Below are positions 34,119-43,027 of a DNA stretch of 64,000 nucleotides, piece by piece. Origin of the DNA: a virus. Lineage: Duplodnaviria > Caudoviricetes. The position numbers and the translations under genes were made by a program. How positions within the stretch are numbered: position 1 is the stretch's first letter; each line of letters starts with the position of its first letter. The notes under the pieces were generated by a model that was not told where the DNA came from, made no database searches, and was given only the letters and a program-made list of their open reading frames with translations. The DNA lies in IMG/VR virus record IMGVR_UViG_3300020042_009256, positions 1 through 64,000 of that record; one strand, 5' to 3'.

Positions 34119-35213
34119 CTAGGCAATAATGCACCAGCCAGATTTTGGGCCTTCGACTAACCATCGGGGCTCAAAATTTTTGTAACTGTAGTGTAATTTT
34201 TTACCGTTGGTAGAATCATAGGTTCCATAAGTTAGGTTGCAATCGCCCCAGGGATCATGCACCCAGTAGCCATCGGAATTGTATCCGACAATACAAAGCC
34301 AATGCCCCCCGCCCTGCGGATTTTTTACATTACCGTAATGAAGAAAACCTGCAGGAACTGGTTTGCCTGCATCAATTTGTTTCTTAATTAGATCGCGGCT
34401 GCCATTGGTAATAAATTTAGCATTCACACCGTAGTGTCCTAGGGCAGACAACTGAGCGTGACTAGAAGTACTGTCGCCATAACCGAATACAATCCGAATG
34501 TAGTCATTGTCCCCCTTGATAGAACTTGGTTTGAGAAATTTTAGCATCATTGCACAGCTTGAACTGAAGCATGTGCGAGAAGCATCACGGTAGTTATCCC
34601 GTTGACTCATGTAGATAACGGGGAGTGGATTTTGTTTTGCAGGTGAGTTACCACCAGGAGTTTGCAATTTCTGGTCCATGATCTGAATTAATTTTGTAGC
34701 ATAATCTGGATCAGTTGCATACCCTTCTTTCACCAGTAATTCAGCGCATGCATTTCTATTGACTGCCTGATTCACTCCTTTGTATGAACCAAAGTCTTTG
34801 TACCAGCGGTTGACTAAGTATTCAACGCAGGCTTGTAAACTTGGGAAATTAATAAACCTATCGTTGATGGTTATCCATTCACCATTGATAAATTCTTTGG
34901 TGTCAACACTGGTACCGCTGCCTTTAAGACCAAAGTAATTATGCTTGCCAGATGTTGCAGTACCACCGGCACTTTCTAATTGCCACTGAGCTGCTACAAC
35001 TTCTGGAAATTTAGCACCAGCTTGCTTTGCTGTTTGTAGTACACCGGCCCAAGTATTTGGAATTTTAACGGAAGGCGTAGTTTTCTTACGATACTTAACA
35101 GCAAAAGACTCCAGGATCTCAGGGGGGAGCTGAGTCTGGAGCCAATTCCATGCGTTGATTTGATGCTCAAGTTGCTCGTCAAACTTTGCAGCATCACGTA
35201 ATTGGATTGTCAT
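34119..35213 (-). CDS. endolysin: GH73 glucosaminidase-like domain plus C39-like peptidase
   Basis: AAQWQLESAGG..NYFGLKG..GYATDPDYA (GH73); SQRDN...TCFSSSCAM..GHWLCIVGY..VHDPWG (C39-like). Confidence 0.85.
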   Translation of the reverse strand: MTIQLRDAAKFDEQLEHQINAWNWLQTQLPPEILESFAVKYRKKTTPSVKIPNTWAGVLQTAKQAGAKFPEVVAAQWQLESAGGTATSGKHNYFGLKGSGTSVDTKEFINGEWITINDRFINFPSLQACVEYLVNRWYKDFGSYKGVNQAVNRNACAELLVKEGYATDPDYATKLIQIMDQKLQTPGGNSPAKQNPLPVIYMSQRDNYRDASRTCFSSSCAMMLKFLKPSSIKGDNDYIRIVFGYGDSTSSHAQLSALGHYGVNAKFITNGSRDLIKKQIDAGKPVPAGFLHYGNVKNPQGGGHWLCIVGYNSDGYWVHDPWGDCNLTYGTYDSTNGKKLHYSYKNFEPRWLVEGPKSGWCIIA

Positions 35214-35253
35214 GGGCCTAAAGCTTTGATTAAGTTTAGACCCAATCAATTTA

Positions 35254-35442
35254 TCAAAGAACTTCAGGGGTAATTTCAGTTACTTCTTCAGTTTTTTTTG
35301 TTTCTTCTGGAGCAAACTCAAGGTTGTCAATAAGATCACCAATCAAATTTGCCGCAAAAGCAATTAAGGTGCCATCACCTGAGGCACGGGCAGAACCAAA
35401 GGAGTTGATTGCAGAAACTAGCTCGCTTTTTTTGGGGGCCAT
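35254..35442 (-). CDS. hypothetical 62-aa protein
   Basis: MAPKKSELVSAINSF...; ATG 35442 within track ORF. Confidence 0.6.
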   Translation of the reverse strand: MAPKKSELVSAINSFGSARASGDGTLIAFAANLIGDLIDNLEFAPEETKKTEEVTEITPEVL

Positions 35443-35563
35443 GACATTTAATAGTTTTCCAAAAGTATAGCAATAATCTGTGTCTCCAGTACCAAGGCAG
35501 CACCTTGAGTCTGCTACCATGAAAAAAGGGACGGTCGTTACCCCGCCCCTTAACCAAAACATC

Positions 35564-36310
35564 ATGGATATGCTAGCACCCCAAGACTCACTTGATGTTC
35601 GTGCTTGGAATGGTACCCCAATTTCTCGGCGCACAACTGACGGCTACGTCAACGCCACAGCCATGTGCAAGGCCAACGGTAAACAGTGGAACGACTACTG
35701 GCGCACCGAACGTGCGACGGCTTACCGGGAGGCTCTTTGCACCGAAACGGGAATTCCCGTTTCCAGTTTGTGTCTCAGTCTGAAAGGCGGTTCTTATCAG
35801 GGCACTTGGGTCCATCCACAAATCGCGGTCGACCTGGCCCGCTGGATCAGTGCGCCGTTCGCGGTGTGGATGGATAGCTGGTTTATAGATGAAGTTAAAC
35901 GCCAAACAACTACGCCTGCAAGTTCTCAACCACAAATTTCTGGTACAAACGTACTAAATCTTCTCAGAGAATCTGTTGATTTTATTAGGGATCTTGGGTG
36001 TTTTGATGATCGGGACAAGCTTTTGTTCTCGGATCTTGCTCGTAATAATGCAATGCGTGTTAATTCTGATTTTCTTCTGCCTCCAGGGGATGAGGAGATG
36101 ACGATCAGTGATGCGTATATGGAGTTGTTCCAAGGGCGCCTAGAACGCAACAAAGCGAGTATCGTTGGAAAGTTTGTAGCAAACAGCTACAGAAAAGAAT
36201 TTAATTCAGAGCCTCCTACACGCATTCAATATGTTGATGGTGCTCCAAGAAAAGTGAAAAGTTACAAAAAAAGTTGGTTGTTAGAAACTTTGAAACTGTT
36301 TAAAGAATAA
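35564..36310 (+). CDS. KilA-N domain protein
   Basis: DGYVNATAMCKANGKQWNDYWR...QGTWVHPQIAVDLARWIS..FAVW. Confidence 0.9.
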   Translation: MDMLAPQDSLDVRAWNGTPISRRTTDGYVNATAMCKANGKQWNDYWRTERATAYREALCTETGIPVSSLCLSLKGGSYQGTWVHPQIAVDLARWISAPFAVWMDSWFIDEVKRQTTTPASSQPQISGTNVLNLLRESVDFIRDLGCFDDRDKLLFSDLARNNAMRVNSDFLLPPGDEEMTISDAYMELFQGRLERNKASIVGKFVANSYRKEFNSEPPTRIQYVDGAPRKVKSYKKSWLLETLKLFKE

Positions 36311-36316
36311 AAAATT

Positions 36317-36338
36317 ACCCCCGTCAAGGGGGTTTTTT
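36317..36338 (+). terminator. rho-independent terminator (likely bidirectional)
   Basis: ACCCCC-GTCAA-GGGGGT-TTTTT, A-tract upstream. Confidence 0.75.
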
Positions 36339-36400
36339 AATAGCGTTGATTAATAATTGTAGTGAAGTGGACTACAATAATAGAAAAGTAATTGTGGTAA

Positions 36401-38683
36401 TTAACCACCCTGCAGTGCATTAATTTTTGCTTGTAAGTTATCCGTGATAACAGTTAAATCTTGAATTGCGTTTACCAAGACAGGAATTAAGTAGTCAGTG
36501 GTAACGCGGAGTTTTTCACCGTTTTCCGTAACATTAGTAATAACTGCATTATTTTTTTCTAATTCAAGAATGTCTTGCGCTTTAAAACCATAACGAACAG
36601 GACCATAAGGCTCTTCTGTATCTCTATTTTTTTTAAATTGATATGAGATAGGTTTTAATTGTTTAACAAATTCAAGTCCATGTGGGACAAGTTTTATATT
36701 AGTTTTATCTCTAGCATCTGAAAATTGTGTCCAAGGAGTATGTACATAAGCAAAAGCGGTTGCATTAGATCCCATTGAAATAACATTGTTTGTGCTACTT
36801 AAAAATCCAAATTCTGGATCCCACGCACCCGCAGCATTCATACCACCAATCTGGATATTGCCACCACCAGTAGTTGTACCGGATCCAGCGTTCATTCCTA
36901 CAGCAGTGTTGTAATTGCCTGTGGTAAGTCCAGTAAGAGTTTGATAACCAATTGCTGTATTACCAGTACCTGCAGTACAGTTGCGTATTCCAGAAGCGCC
37001 GATAGCTGTGTTAAAGTTTCCACTGGTAACGTCTCGGAGTGCATGATAACCAACAGATGTATTGCGCTGACCGTTAGATGTTACGCCAGCACTTCCAACT
37101 TGATTTTCAAAACCAATAGCAGTGTTACCTGAGCCTGTTGCATAAAAACAACTATTCATGCCAACTACAACAATACCTGATTTGGTAGTTCCACTAGCAG
37201 CTGCTTGGAAACCAACTGCAACATTGTCATGTCCTGCTGTAATACCAGTTAGTGTTGCATCTCCAATAGACGTATTACCTGTACCAGTTGTTACAGCATT
37301 AAGCGCTATACGACCAAATGCTACGTTACCGGAATTTTGTGTCGCAGTACCACGGCCGACAGTAACTCCTACACCACTTGCTCCAACAAGGTATAGGGCT
37401 CCTGTTGTAGAGAAACTTCCTGCTTGTATAGTTGTGCCTGTAATGAAAACAAAATAACCAGAACCACCACTAATAAAATTACCTGTAACCGTAGCACCAG
37501 ATACTAAAGTTGTGAAAATACCATTAGTCCCTGTAATATTTGTAAATCTTCCTGCGTCACCTGTAACTACAGTACCTGAAACTTGAGTTGTAAATACCCC
37601 ATTAGCACCAGTAATATTGGTAAATTGCCCTGCGTTCCCTGTAACAATTGCTCCAGAAACTTGAGTTGTGAATACTCCGCTGACGCCCGTAATGTTACTG
37701 AATTGCCCTGCGTTACCGGTGACTATTGCACCTGAAACTTGCGTGGTAAATACACCATTAGCACCAGTAATATTGGTAAATTGCCCTGCGTTCCCCGTAA
37801 CAATTGCTCCAGAAACTTGAGTTGTGAATACTCCGCTGACACCTGTGATGTTAGAAAATTGTCCCGCATCACCGGTTACAATTGTTCCTGAAACTTGAGT
37901 TGTGAATACCCCACTAACACCTGTGATGTTACTAAATTGCCCTGCGTTACCGGTGACTATTGCACCTGAGACTTGAGTAGTAAAAACACCACTAACACCT
38001 GTGATGTTACTGAATTGCCCTGCGTTACCGGTGACTATTGCTCCAGAAACTTGAGTTGTGAATACCCCACTAACACCTGTGATGTTAGAAAATTGTCCCG
38101 CGTCTCCTGTAACAACTGCACCCGAGACTTGAGTAGTAAAAACACCACTAACACCTGTGATGTTACTAAATTGCCCTGCGTTACCGGTGACTATTGCACC
38201 CGAGACTTGAGTAGTAAAAACACCACTGACGCCCGTAATGTTACTGAATTGCCCTGCGTTACCGGTGACTATTGCACCTGAAACTTGCGTGGTAAATACA
38301 CCATTAATTCCCGTTATACTGGTAAACCTACCTGCATTACCAGTGACTATAGCTCCGGAGACTTGAGTGGTAAATACACCATTTAGGCCAACCACATCAG
38401 TAAATTTGCCCGAGGTGCCTGTAACCGTTGCACCACTAACAGTGCCACTTACTACTGCATCTGTTTGAACAACAAGTCCTGAAACAGTAAGCAGTCCCGT
38501 AACAGTACCCCCTGCTCCAGGTATAAAAAACGTACTGAGATATTGCGTAAGTCCAGATGTTGTGAGTTTTTTATTTCTAATAGATGGGTCAACTTCAAAT
38601 ACGTGAACAACAGTGAATAGATCTTGCTGAACAAGATCTACCCCTGCAAGTTCTTGTAAATCGCTAATGCGCCTGTTAGCCAC
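36401..38683 (-). CDS. long tail fibre with tandem repeats, YadA-like GNTAIG repeats and C-terminal peptidase S74 chaperone
   Basis: 12 x 26-aa repeats; NTAIG/NTAVG repeats; SDARDKTNI..GLEFVKQLKP..Y...YGFKAQDI; terminal coiled coil. Confidence 0.88.
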   Translation of the reverse strand: MANRRISDLQELAGVDLVQQDLFTVVHVFEVDPSIRNKKLTTSGLTQYLSTFFIPGAGGTVTGLLTVSGLVVQTDAVVSGTVSGATVTGTSGKFTDVVGLNGVFTTQVSGAIVTGNAGRFTSITGINGVFTTQVSGAIVTGNAGQFSNITGVSGVFTTQVSGAIVTGNAGQFSNITGVSGVFTTQVSGAVVTGDAGQFSNITGVSGVFTTQVSGAIVTGNAGQFSNITGVSGVFTTQVSGAIVTGNAGQFSNITGVSGVFTTQVSGTIVTGDAGQFSNITGVSGVFTTQVSGAIVTGNAGQFTNITGANGVFTTQVSGAIVTGNAGQFSNITGVSGVFTTQVSGAIVTGNAGQFTNITGANGVFTTQVSGTVVTGDAGRFTNITGTNGIFTTLVSGATVTGNFISGGSGYFVFITGTTIQAGSFSTTGALYLVGASGVGVTVGRGTATQNSGNVAFGRIALNAVTTGTGNTSIGDATLTGITAGHDNVAVGFQAAASGTTKSGIVVVGMNSCFYATGSGNTAIGFENQVGSAGVTSNGQRNTSVGYHALRDVTSGNFNTAIGASGIRNCTAGTGNTAIGYQTLTGLTTGNYNTAVGMNAGSGTTTGGGNIQIGGMNAAGAWDPEFGFLSSTNNVISMGSNATAFAYVHTPWTQFSDARDKTNIKLVPHGLEFVKQLKPISYQFKKNRDTEEPYGPVRYGFKAQDILELEKNNAVITNVTENGEKLRVTTDYLIPVLVNAIQDLTVITDNLQAKINALQGG
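37484..38419 (-). repeat. 12 tandem 78-nt coding repeats
   Basis: Unit GNAGQFSNITGVSGVFTTQVSGAIVT, near-identical at DNA level. Confidence 0.92.
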
Positions 38684-38733
38684 GTATTTTACATTGATAG
38701 CCTAAATGCATTATAGTGTGTCCGTACTCAATG

Positions 38734-39033
38734 TCATTTGACTTTGATTTCAATTCTTGGCAAGGTTTTTGCTGCAAAATTCCAGCCAACTTGAATTCCT
38801 GTGACAATTCCGCAAGCAATCAAAAAGACGACAATAAGTTCTGCAACCGTTAAGTTGCGTCGAACGTATACGTACTGAGGAGGTGATACTGCTTGTGTAC
38901 GCTGTTCCAAAGCCATTCGGATAGCTGCCTCCTTAGCCCGCGCTTTCATCTGCTCTACTTGCTCTTGGGTGAAGCCAGGAGGCATTTGAGGAGGCGTCTG
39001 AAAAGTTTGGCTTTGTGGGATTTGTTCTTCCAT
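38734..39033 (-). CDS. hypothetical membrane protein
   Basis: LTVAELIVVFLIACGIVTGIQVGW hydrophobic segment. Confidence 0.7.
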   Translation of the reverse strand: MEEQIPQSQTFQTPPQMPPGFTQEQVEQMKARAKEAAIRMALEQRTQAVSPPQYVYVRRNLTVAELIVVFLIACGIVTGIQVGWNFAAKTLPRIEIKVK

Positions 39034-39087
39034 GATCCATGCAGAAATATTTTTTACACACTAGCATTAAAAAAACATTTTTGCCTT

Positions 39088-39501
39088 ATGCAGTACGGAA
39101 TTAGAAAAGGATTGGAGGATGTTGCTTTTGAATTAAAAGGCATCAGAAATATCTTGGCTTCCATGTGGCATAGTCGATACCAAAATCAAGAAACTGATTT
39201 GTTAAACCCAGAAGCTTTTGCGGATGAGTACGTATCTACAGAGGAATGTGCACGACGCTTAAATGTATCGGATCAAACAATTCGTAATTGGATGGCAACT
39301 GGAAAAAAGAACAAAGGCAAGGGCTGGATTGAGGGTGTTCACTACATTAATATTTGTCCGGATGAAGAAAAACGTGCAGTAGTTCGTATCCCTTGGAATC
39401 ATTTGGTCCGTTCTTTTTCTAAAGATAGGCCGCTTGTTGCGTCAGATCTTTACAAACTTAAAAGCTTGTACCAAACTACAACTGAAGGAAAATTAGAATA
39501 A
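39088..39501 (+). CDS. excisionase/MerR-like HTH DNA-binding protein
   Basis: YVSTEECARRLNVSDQTIRNW. Confidence 0.75.
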   Translation: MQYGIRKGLEDVAFELKGIRNILASMWHSRYQNQETDLLNPEAFADEYVSTEECARRLNVSDQTIRNWMATGKKNKGKGWIEGVHYINICPDEEKRAVVRIPWNHLVRSFSKDRPLVASDLYKLKSLYQTTTEGKLE

Positions 39502-39959
39502 TGTCTTACCGTTTCCAAGGGATTTGTATTGATTCTGTTACAATTTACAACTATCAAGAAATTTTACCTACATCGTTGGTACTTCAAGTGGAGGATTTTC
39601 TTCCGCCTAGTGGTTCTTTTGATAATGTTTGCTTGCGTCGTTACCTGTTAAATATTAAGAACTATGAAGAAGAAGATGCAAATTCCAATATGACCTTGGC
39701 AAATCGATTGCGAATTGCTTTTAAAAACATGCAGCCGGACACAATTTGTGGTAAATTCCCCCAAGCGGAACTGCCTTTGAAGCGTCGTCTACGCTGCGTA
39801 GCTGAGTATCTTATCCGCTCTGGTGAGTTTGATAAAGTTCGGGATGAAAAAGGCAAGCTCATTAAAAAACGTGGTAACTTGGGCAAACTTGTAGTACTCT
39901 ATAAACCATTGCCCAAACTTTTAGAATCCCTCGCCAAACAGAATTTATTAGAAAAATGA
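39501..39959 (+). CDS. hypothetical protein
   Basis: Coupled ORF (TAATG). Confidence 0.75.
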   Translation: MSYRFQGICIDSVTIYNYQEILPTSLVLQVEDFLPPSGSFDNVCLRRYLLNIKNYEEEDANSNMTLANRLRIAFKNMQPDTICGKFPQAELPLKRRLRCVAEYLIRSGEFDKVRDEKGKLIKKRGNLGKLVVLYKPLPKLLESLAKQNLLEK

Positions 39960-40342
39960 AAAAACGCGAACAGTTAATTGCATCAGTTATTGGTTCTGAC
40001 CTGGATCCAACTAAAGCAAAGATGTTGGATGCCACCATCAAATTGATTCTTGGTGACATGGGGCAGCAGTACTTCAAAATGTGGGAGTACGAGGGCCCTG
40101 GCGTCATGGTGTTCCAACCTGAAAATAAAGAACGCTCTATGTTCTTCTTGACCTTAAAAGAAATTCATTCTGCACAAGAAGAGTGTGAACGTAGCAATGA
40201 TGGTGATTTAGCAGAAAGCTTTCGTCGCATTCTTCAAGCAGCGCAAAAAATTGATCCAATTGAAAAAGCTGGATACGTTATTAATGATAAAGATGGAATG
40301 CGATATTTTGAAATTAATTACAACCAAGTTTCTGAATCGTAA
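39956..40342 (+). CDS. hypothetical protein
   Basis: Coupled ORF. Confidence 0.75.
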   Translation: MKKREQLIASVIGSDLDPTKAKMLDATIKLILGDMGQQYFKMWEYEGPGVMVFQPENKERSMFFLTLKEIHSAQEECERSNDGDLAESFRRILQAAQKIDPIEKAGYVINDKDGMRYFEINYNQVSES

Positions 40343-40929
40343 TGGCAATTCATGATGTTCGAAGTAGGAAAGAAGATCTTGAGTTGATTACAAATTATGA
40401 CCTAACGGCGTCTGCTCACGCGTTGCTAAACGGAATCGAATTAGATGTTGCCAGTTCAAAAATAGCAAATGAATATGTAGAAGCTGAGAAGTTTTTTACA
40501 CCAATCGATGATGGTTTAAATGCCCAACAATGGTACGGTCGTGTTTATTTGTTTCCTCCAGGGGGCGCTTATTTTCATGATAAAAAAAATGACCGTTGGA
40601 AGATGACTAGAGCTTCATCACCAACTTTGGTTTCATCTCATGCTGTTTGGTTTAGAAAACTATATCGTTCATGGTTTAACCGAGAAGTTGAACAAGGTTT
40701 GTACTTTACCAACTGTCCGGACATGATTCGGTACGAACAAAAAATCTTTGATTTTCCTGTGTGTATTTTAAAAACAGCGCCAACTTTGGTTAAAAATACC
40801 AGTAATGGTATTGACAAACACAAGACGTGCACTTCTTTTTTGGTTTACTTGCCACCCATGGGAGAGTCCGGGAATGCTGTTCAAAAATTCATTGATATTT
40901 ACAAAGAGAAGGGTCGGATTCTTTGTTAG
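40342..40929 (+). CDS. phage Dam-like N6-adenine methyltransferase homolog with altered catalytic motif
   Basis: IELDVASSKIAN..V.A..FFT..DDGL..QW.GRVYLFPPG, versus family IDLDPAS..AN..V.A..YYT..DDGL..W.G.VWxNPPY. Confidence 0.7.
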   Translation: MAIHDVRSRKEDLELITNYDLTASAHALLNGIELDVASSKIANEYVEAEKFFTPIDDGLNAQQWYGRVYLFPPGGAYFHDKKNDRWKMTRASSPTLVSSHAVWFRKLYRSWFNREVEQGLYFTNCPDMIRYEQKIFDFPVCILKTAPTLVKNTSNGIDKHKTCTSFLVYLPPMGESGNAVQKFIDIYKEKGRILC

Positions 40930-40962
40930 GTTCTGTAGACTAAAAGACGATTCAAAAGACTG

Positions 40963-41550
40963 ATGAGCATCCTGGCCGATTGGGAAATTAAATACTTGGC
41001 TGAAAACCGAGAGATGATCGCTCCTTTTCAAAATCATCTTGTTAGTGAGCGGGATGGAAACAAAATCTTAAGTTATGGACTTAGTTCTTATGGTTATGAC
41101 ATTCGATTGTCACCTAAACAATGTTTAATTTTTGGACGTATTCAAGCAGGTGAATGTGATCCAAAGGAATTCAATCCTGAAATTCTTTGTGAAGCTGAAT
41201 TATTAGAAGATGAAAAAGGTCAGTATTTCATGCTGCCTCCTTATGGTTATTGTTTGGGTGTTGCTCAGGAACGACTCAAACTTCCTCGTGATGTAACCGT
41301 TGTTGCAGTAGGCAAGTCTACTTATGCACGATCTGGAATCTTAGTTAATATCACCCCAGCGGAATCTGGGTGGGAAGGTTATCTAACTTTGGAAATCAGT
41401 AACTGTACTGGTTTGTTTAATCGAATTTATGCTGACGAAGGTATTACACAACTGCTGTTCTATCGCGGCAATCCCTGTGAGGTTACTTACCAGGACCGAA
41501 AGGGTAAGTATCAAAATCAAGAGAAAGAAATTGTTTTCTCTCAGGTCTAA
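40963..41550 (+). CDS. dcd: dCTP deaminase
   Basis: SYGLSSYGYDIRL, VGKSTYARSG, TPAESGWEGYLTLE, YADEGITQLLF, YQDRKGKYQ. Confidence 0.95.
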   Translation: MSILADWEIKYLAENREMIAPFQNHLVSERDGNKILSYGLSSYGYDIRLSPKQCLIFGRIQAGECDPKEFNPEILCEAELLEDEKGQYFMLPPYGYCLGVAQERLKLPRDVTVVAVGKSTYARSGILVNITPAESGWEGYLTLEISNCTGLFNRIYADEGITQLLFYRGNPCEVTYQDRKGKYQNQEKEIVFSQV

Positions 41551-41552
41551 AA

Positions 41553-41993
41553 CTAAAGACCAAACCCTGTAAATTTACCTGAATAAGGTTGGGGTTTGTT
41601 TGCATATTGAGTAGAGCCAGTAGTACCAACCGTATCACCCATGTTGGGCAACACTACGCCTTGAACCTGTGCTGCAGTTCGAGGCGTTTTACCTTCAATA
41701 GTGTTTTCATCAATGGCAGCTTTTTGTTTAAATTTACCAGCACTTTTGGCAGCTGCAAAATATTTTGCAACTCTATCTTCATCTTTATTTAAAGATTCAA
41801 CTGACTCACGATCTTGTTCGTTTACGTTGCGAAGATCTGTTCTGTATTTTTGTTCTGGATGTAAATCAGAAGTATCTGAACTTGATGTTCCAGAGTCGTG
41901 TCTGGGGTCATATTCAGGACGCCCTCTCTTGCCAACCCTAGTATCGAAGGGCTCGTCTCTTCTGCCTTGACGAGGGTCGTAAAATCTTGCCAT
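41553..41993 (-). CDS. hypothetical charged, disordered protein
   Basis: ATG 41993 in track ORF. Confidence 0.65.
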   Translation of the reverse strand: MARFYDPRQGRRDEPFDTRVGKRGRPEYDPRHDSGTSSSDTSDLHPEQKYRTDLRNVNEQDRESVESLNKDEDRVAKYFAAAKSAGKFKQKAAIDENTIEGKTPRTAAQVQGVVLPNMGDTVGTTGSTQYANKPQPYSGKFTGFGL

Positions 41994-42033
41994 GATAGTA
42001 TTGTAATTGAGAAAATTTAAAGTGTATATAGAC

Positions 42034-42387
42034 ATGCATGGCGCCGCAGGTTTTCTAGATAGTTTTGTTCAAGACGAAGTTAATTGTCGTTGTCTTGACG
42101 AAGATGATTTTGGTGCACCTCTCGATAACAAAGAAAATGATGTACCCTTGTATGACATGTACAATCGAGGGTTAGCAGCATGCGAGCAAGGAATGGAGAG
42201 GAAGAACTTAGGATTGGAGGGCCAGCGAATGGGAATGACTGGATATATCCCCTCAATGGAGGAGGCACTCGAGAAATACCCAGCGACAGCACCAAAGCCC
42301 AAAGCACTCTTGGTACCCCTACCATCAGCGGATCAGATGCCAGTGGAACAACTCCTGTCCAAGCAGCGCCGTGGTTTGCTCCGGTAG
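42034..42387 (+). CDS. hypothetical protein
   Basis: ATG 42034; acidic; overlaps next ORF by about 200 nt. Confidence 0.6.
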   Translation: MHGAAGFLDSFVQDEVNCRCLDEDDFGAPLDNKENDVPLYDMYNRGLAACEQGMERKNLGLEGQRMGMTGYIPSMEEALEKYPATAPKPKALLVPLPSADQMPVEQLLSKQRRGLLR

Positions 42388-42686
42388 AGGATGACGGTTG
42401 TAAAGATGGGGTATGCCCAGTTCCATGGGCAAATCAACCATGGTCAACAAAACCCTATCGTCCTGAATTACAGCCTGATTTAGTTAATCATCCGCCGCAT
42501 TACACCGACGGATCAATCGAATGTATTGACGCAATCGAAGCGCAGCTGACACCAGAAGAGTACCGAGGTTACTTAAAAGGGAATATTGCCAAGTATGCCT
42601 GGCGTGAGCGCCATAAAGGCGGGACAGAATCACTGAGGAAGGCACGCTTTTATTTAGATCGTTTGATAATGTTTGACGAAAATTAA
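42180..42686 (+). CDS. DUF3310 domain protein
   Basis: DLVNHPPHYT.GSIECIDAI...GYLKGNIAKYAWRERHKGG.ESLRKARFYLDRLI. Confidence 0.88.
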   Translation: MRARNGEEELRIGGPANGNDWIYPLNGGGTREIPSDSTKAQSTLGTPTISGSDASGTTPVQAAPWFAPVEDDGCKDGVCPVPWANQPWSTKPYRPELQPDLVNHPPHYTDGSIECIDAIEAQLTPEEYRGYLKGNIAKYAWRERHKGGTESLRKARFYLDRLIMFDEN

Positions 42687-43003
42687 AAAGGAATATACTC
42701 CTCCTCGTCATCTTCATCATCATCATCATCATCCTCGTCGTCGTACACACATGCGGCGGCGAGGTCAGCTAGTTCGAGATCAGTAGGTACATCAAAACCT
42801 AATTTAATATTTTCATCCTCCAAGAGATCTTTGACTGCGTGCCACTCCATTAAGCGTTGGTGATACAGATTTAAAAGCGCAACATAAAGTTGATCCCAGG
42901 TCATCTCCTGCGCCTGAAGCTCGGCTTTGCGTACAGCAAACTGAAGCTCTAAAGGCAGTTCAAACTCTCTAGGTTCAGATCCGTTTTCCATCCTTGTTTG
43001 CAT
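42683..43003 (-). CDS. nblA: NblA-like phycobilisome degradation adaptor with acidic C-terminal tail
   Basis: ELPLELQFAVR...QAQEMTWDQ...LLNLYHQ...KDLL aligns without gaps to NblA ELSLEQQFSIR...QVQNMSHDQ...LVKLYEQ...QELL (recalled sequence). Confidence 0.8.
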   Translation of the reverse strand: MQTRMENGSEPREFELPLELQFAVRKAELQAQEMTWDQLYVALLNLYHQRLMEWHAVKDLLEDENIKLGFDVPTDLELADLAAACVYDDEDDDDDDEDDEEEYIPF

Positions 43004-43027
43004 GGCTTCGATTCAAATATTCTAGAA

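Noticed and set aside
36356-36378. ATTGTAGT-N7-ACTACAAT palindrome with TACAAT on both strands between convergent genes
   Set aside because: Could be an operator or antisense promoter, but it is a single copy with no downstream ORF; not distinguishable from chance
37484-38419. Possible CRISPR array
   Set aside because: Contiguous in-frame 78-nt coding repeats with no unique spacers and no cas genes
16394-38683. Diversity-generating retroelement acting on tail genes
   Set aside because: No reverse transcriptase and no TR/VR pair differing at adenines was seen
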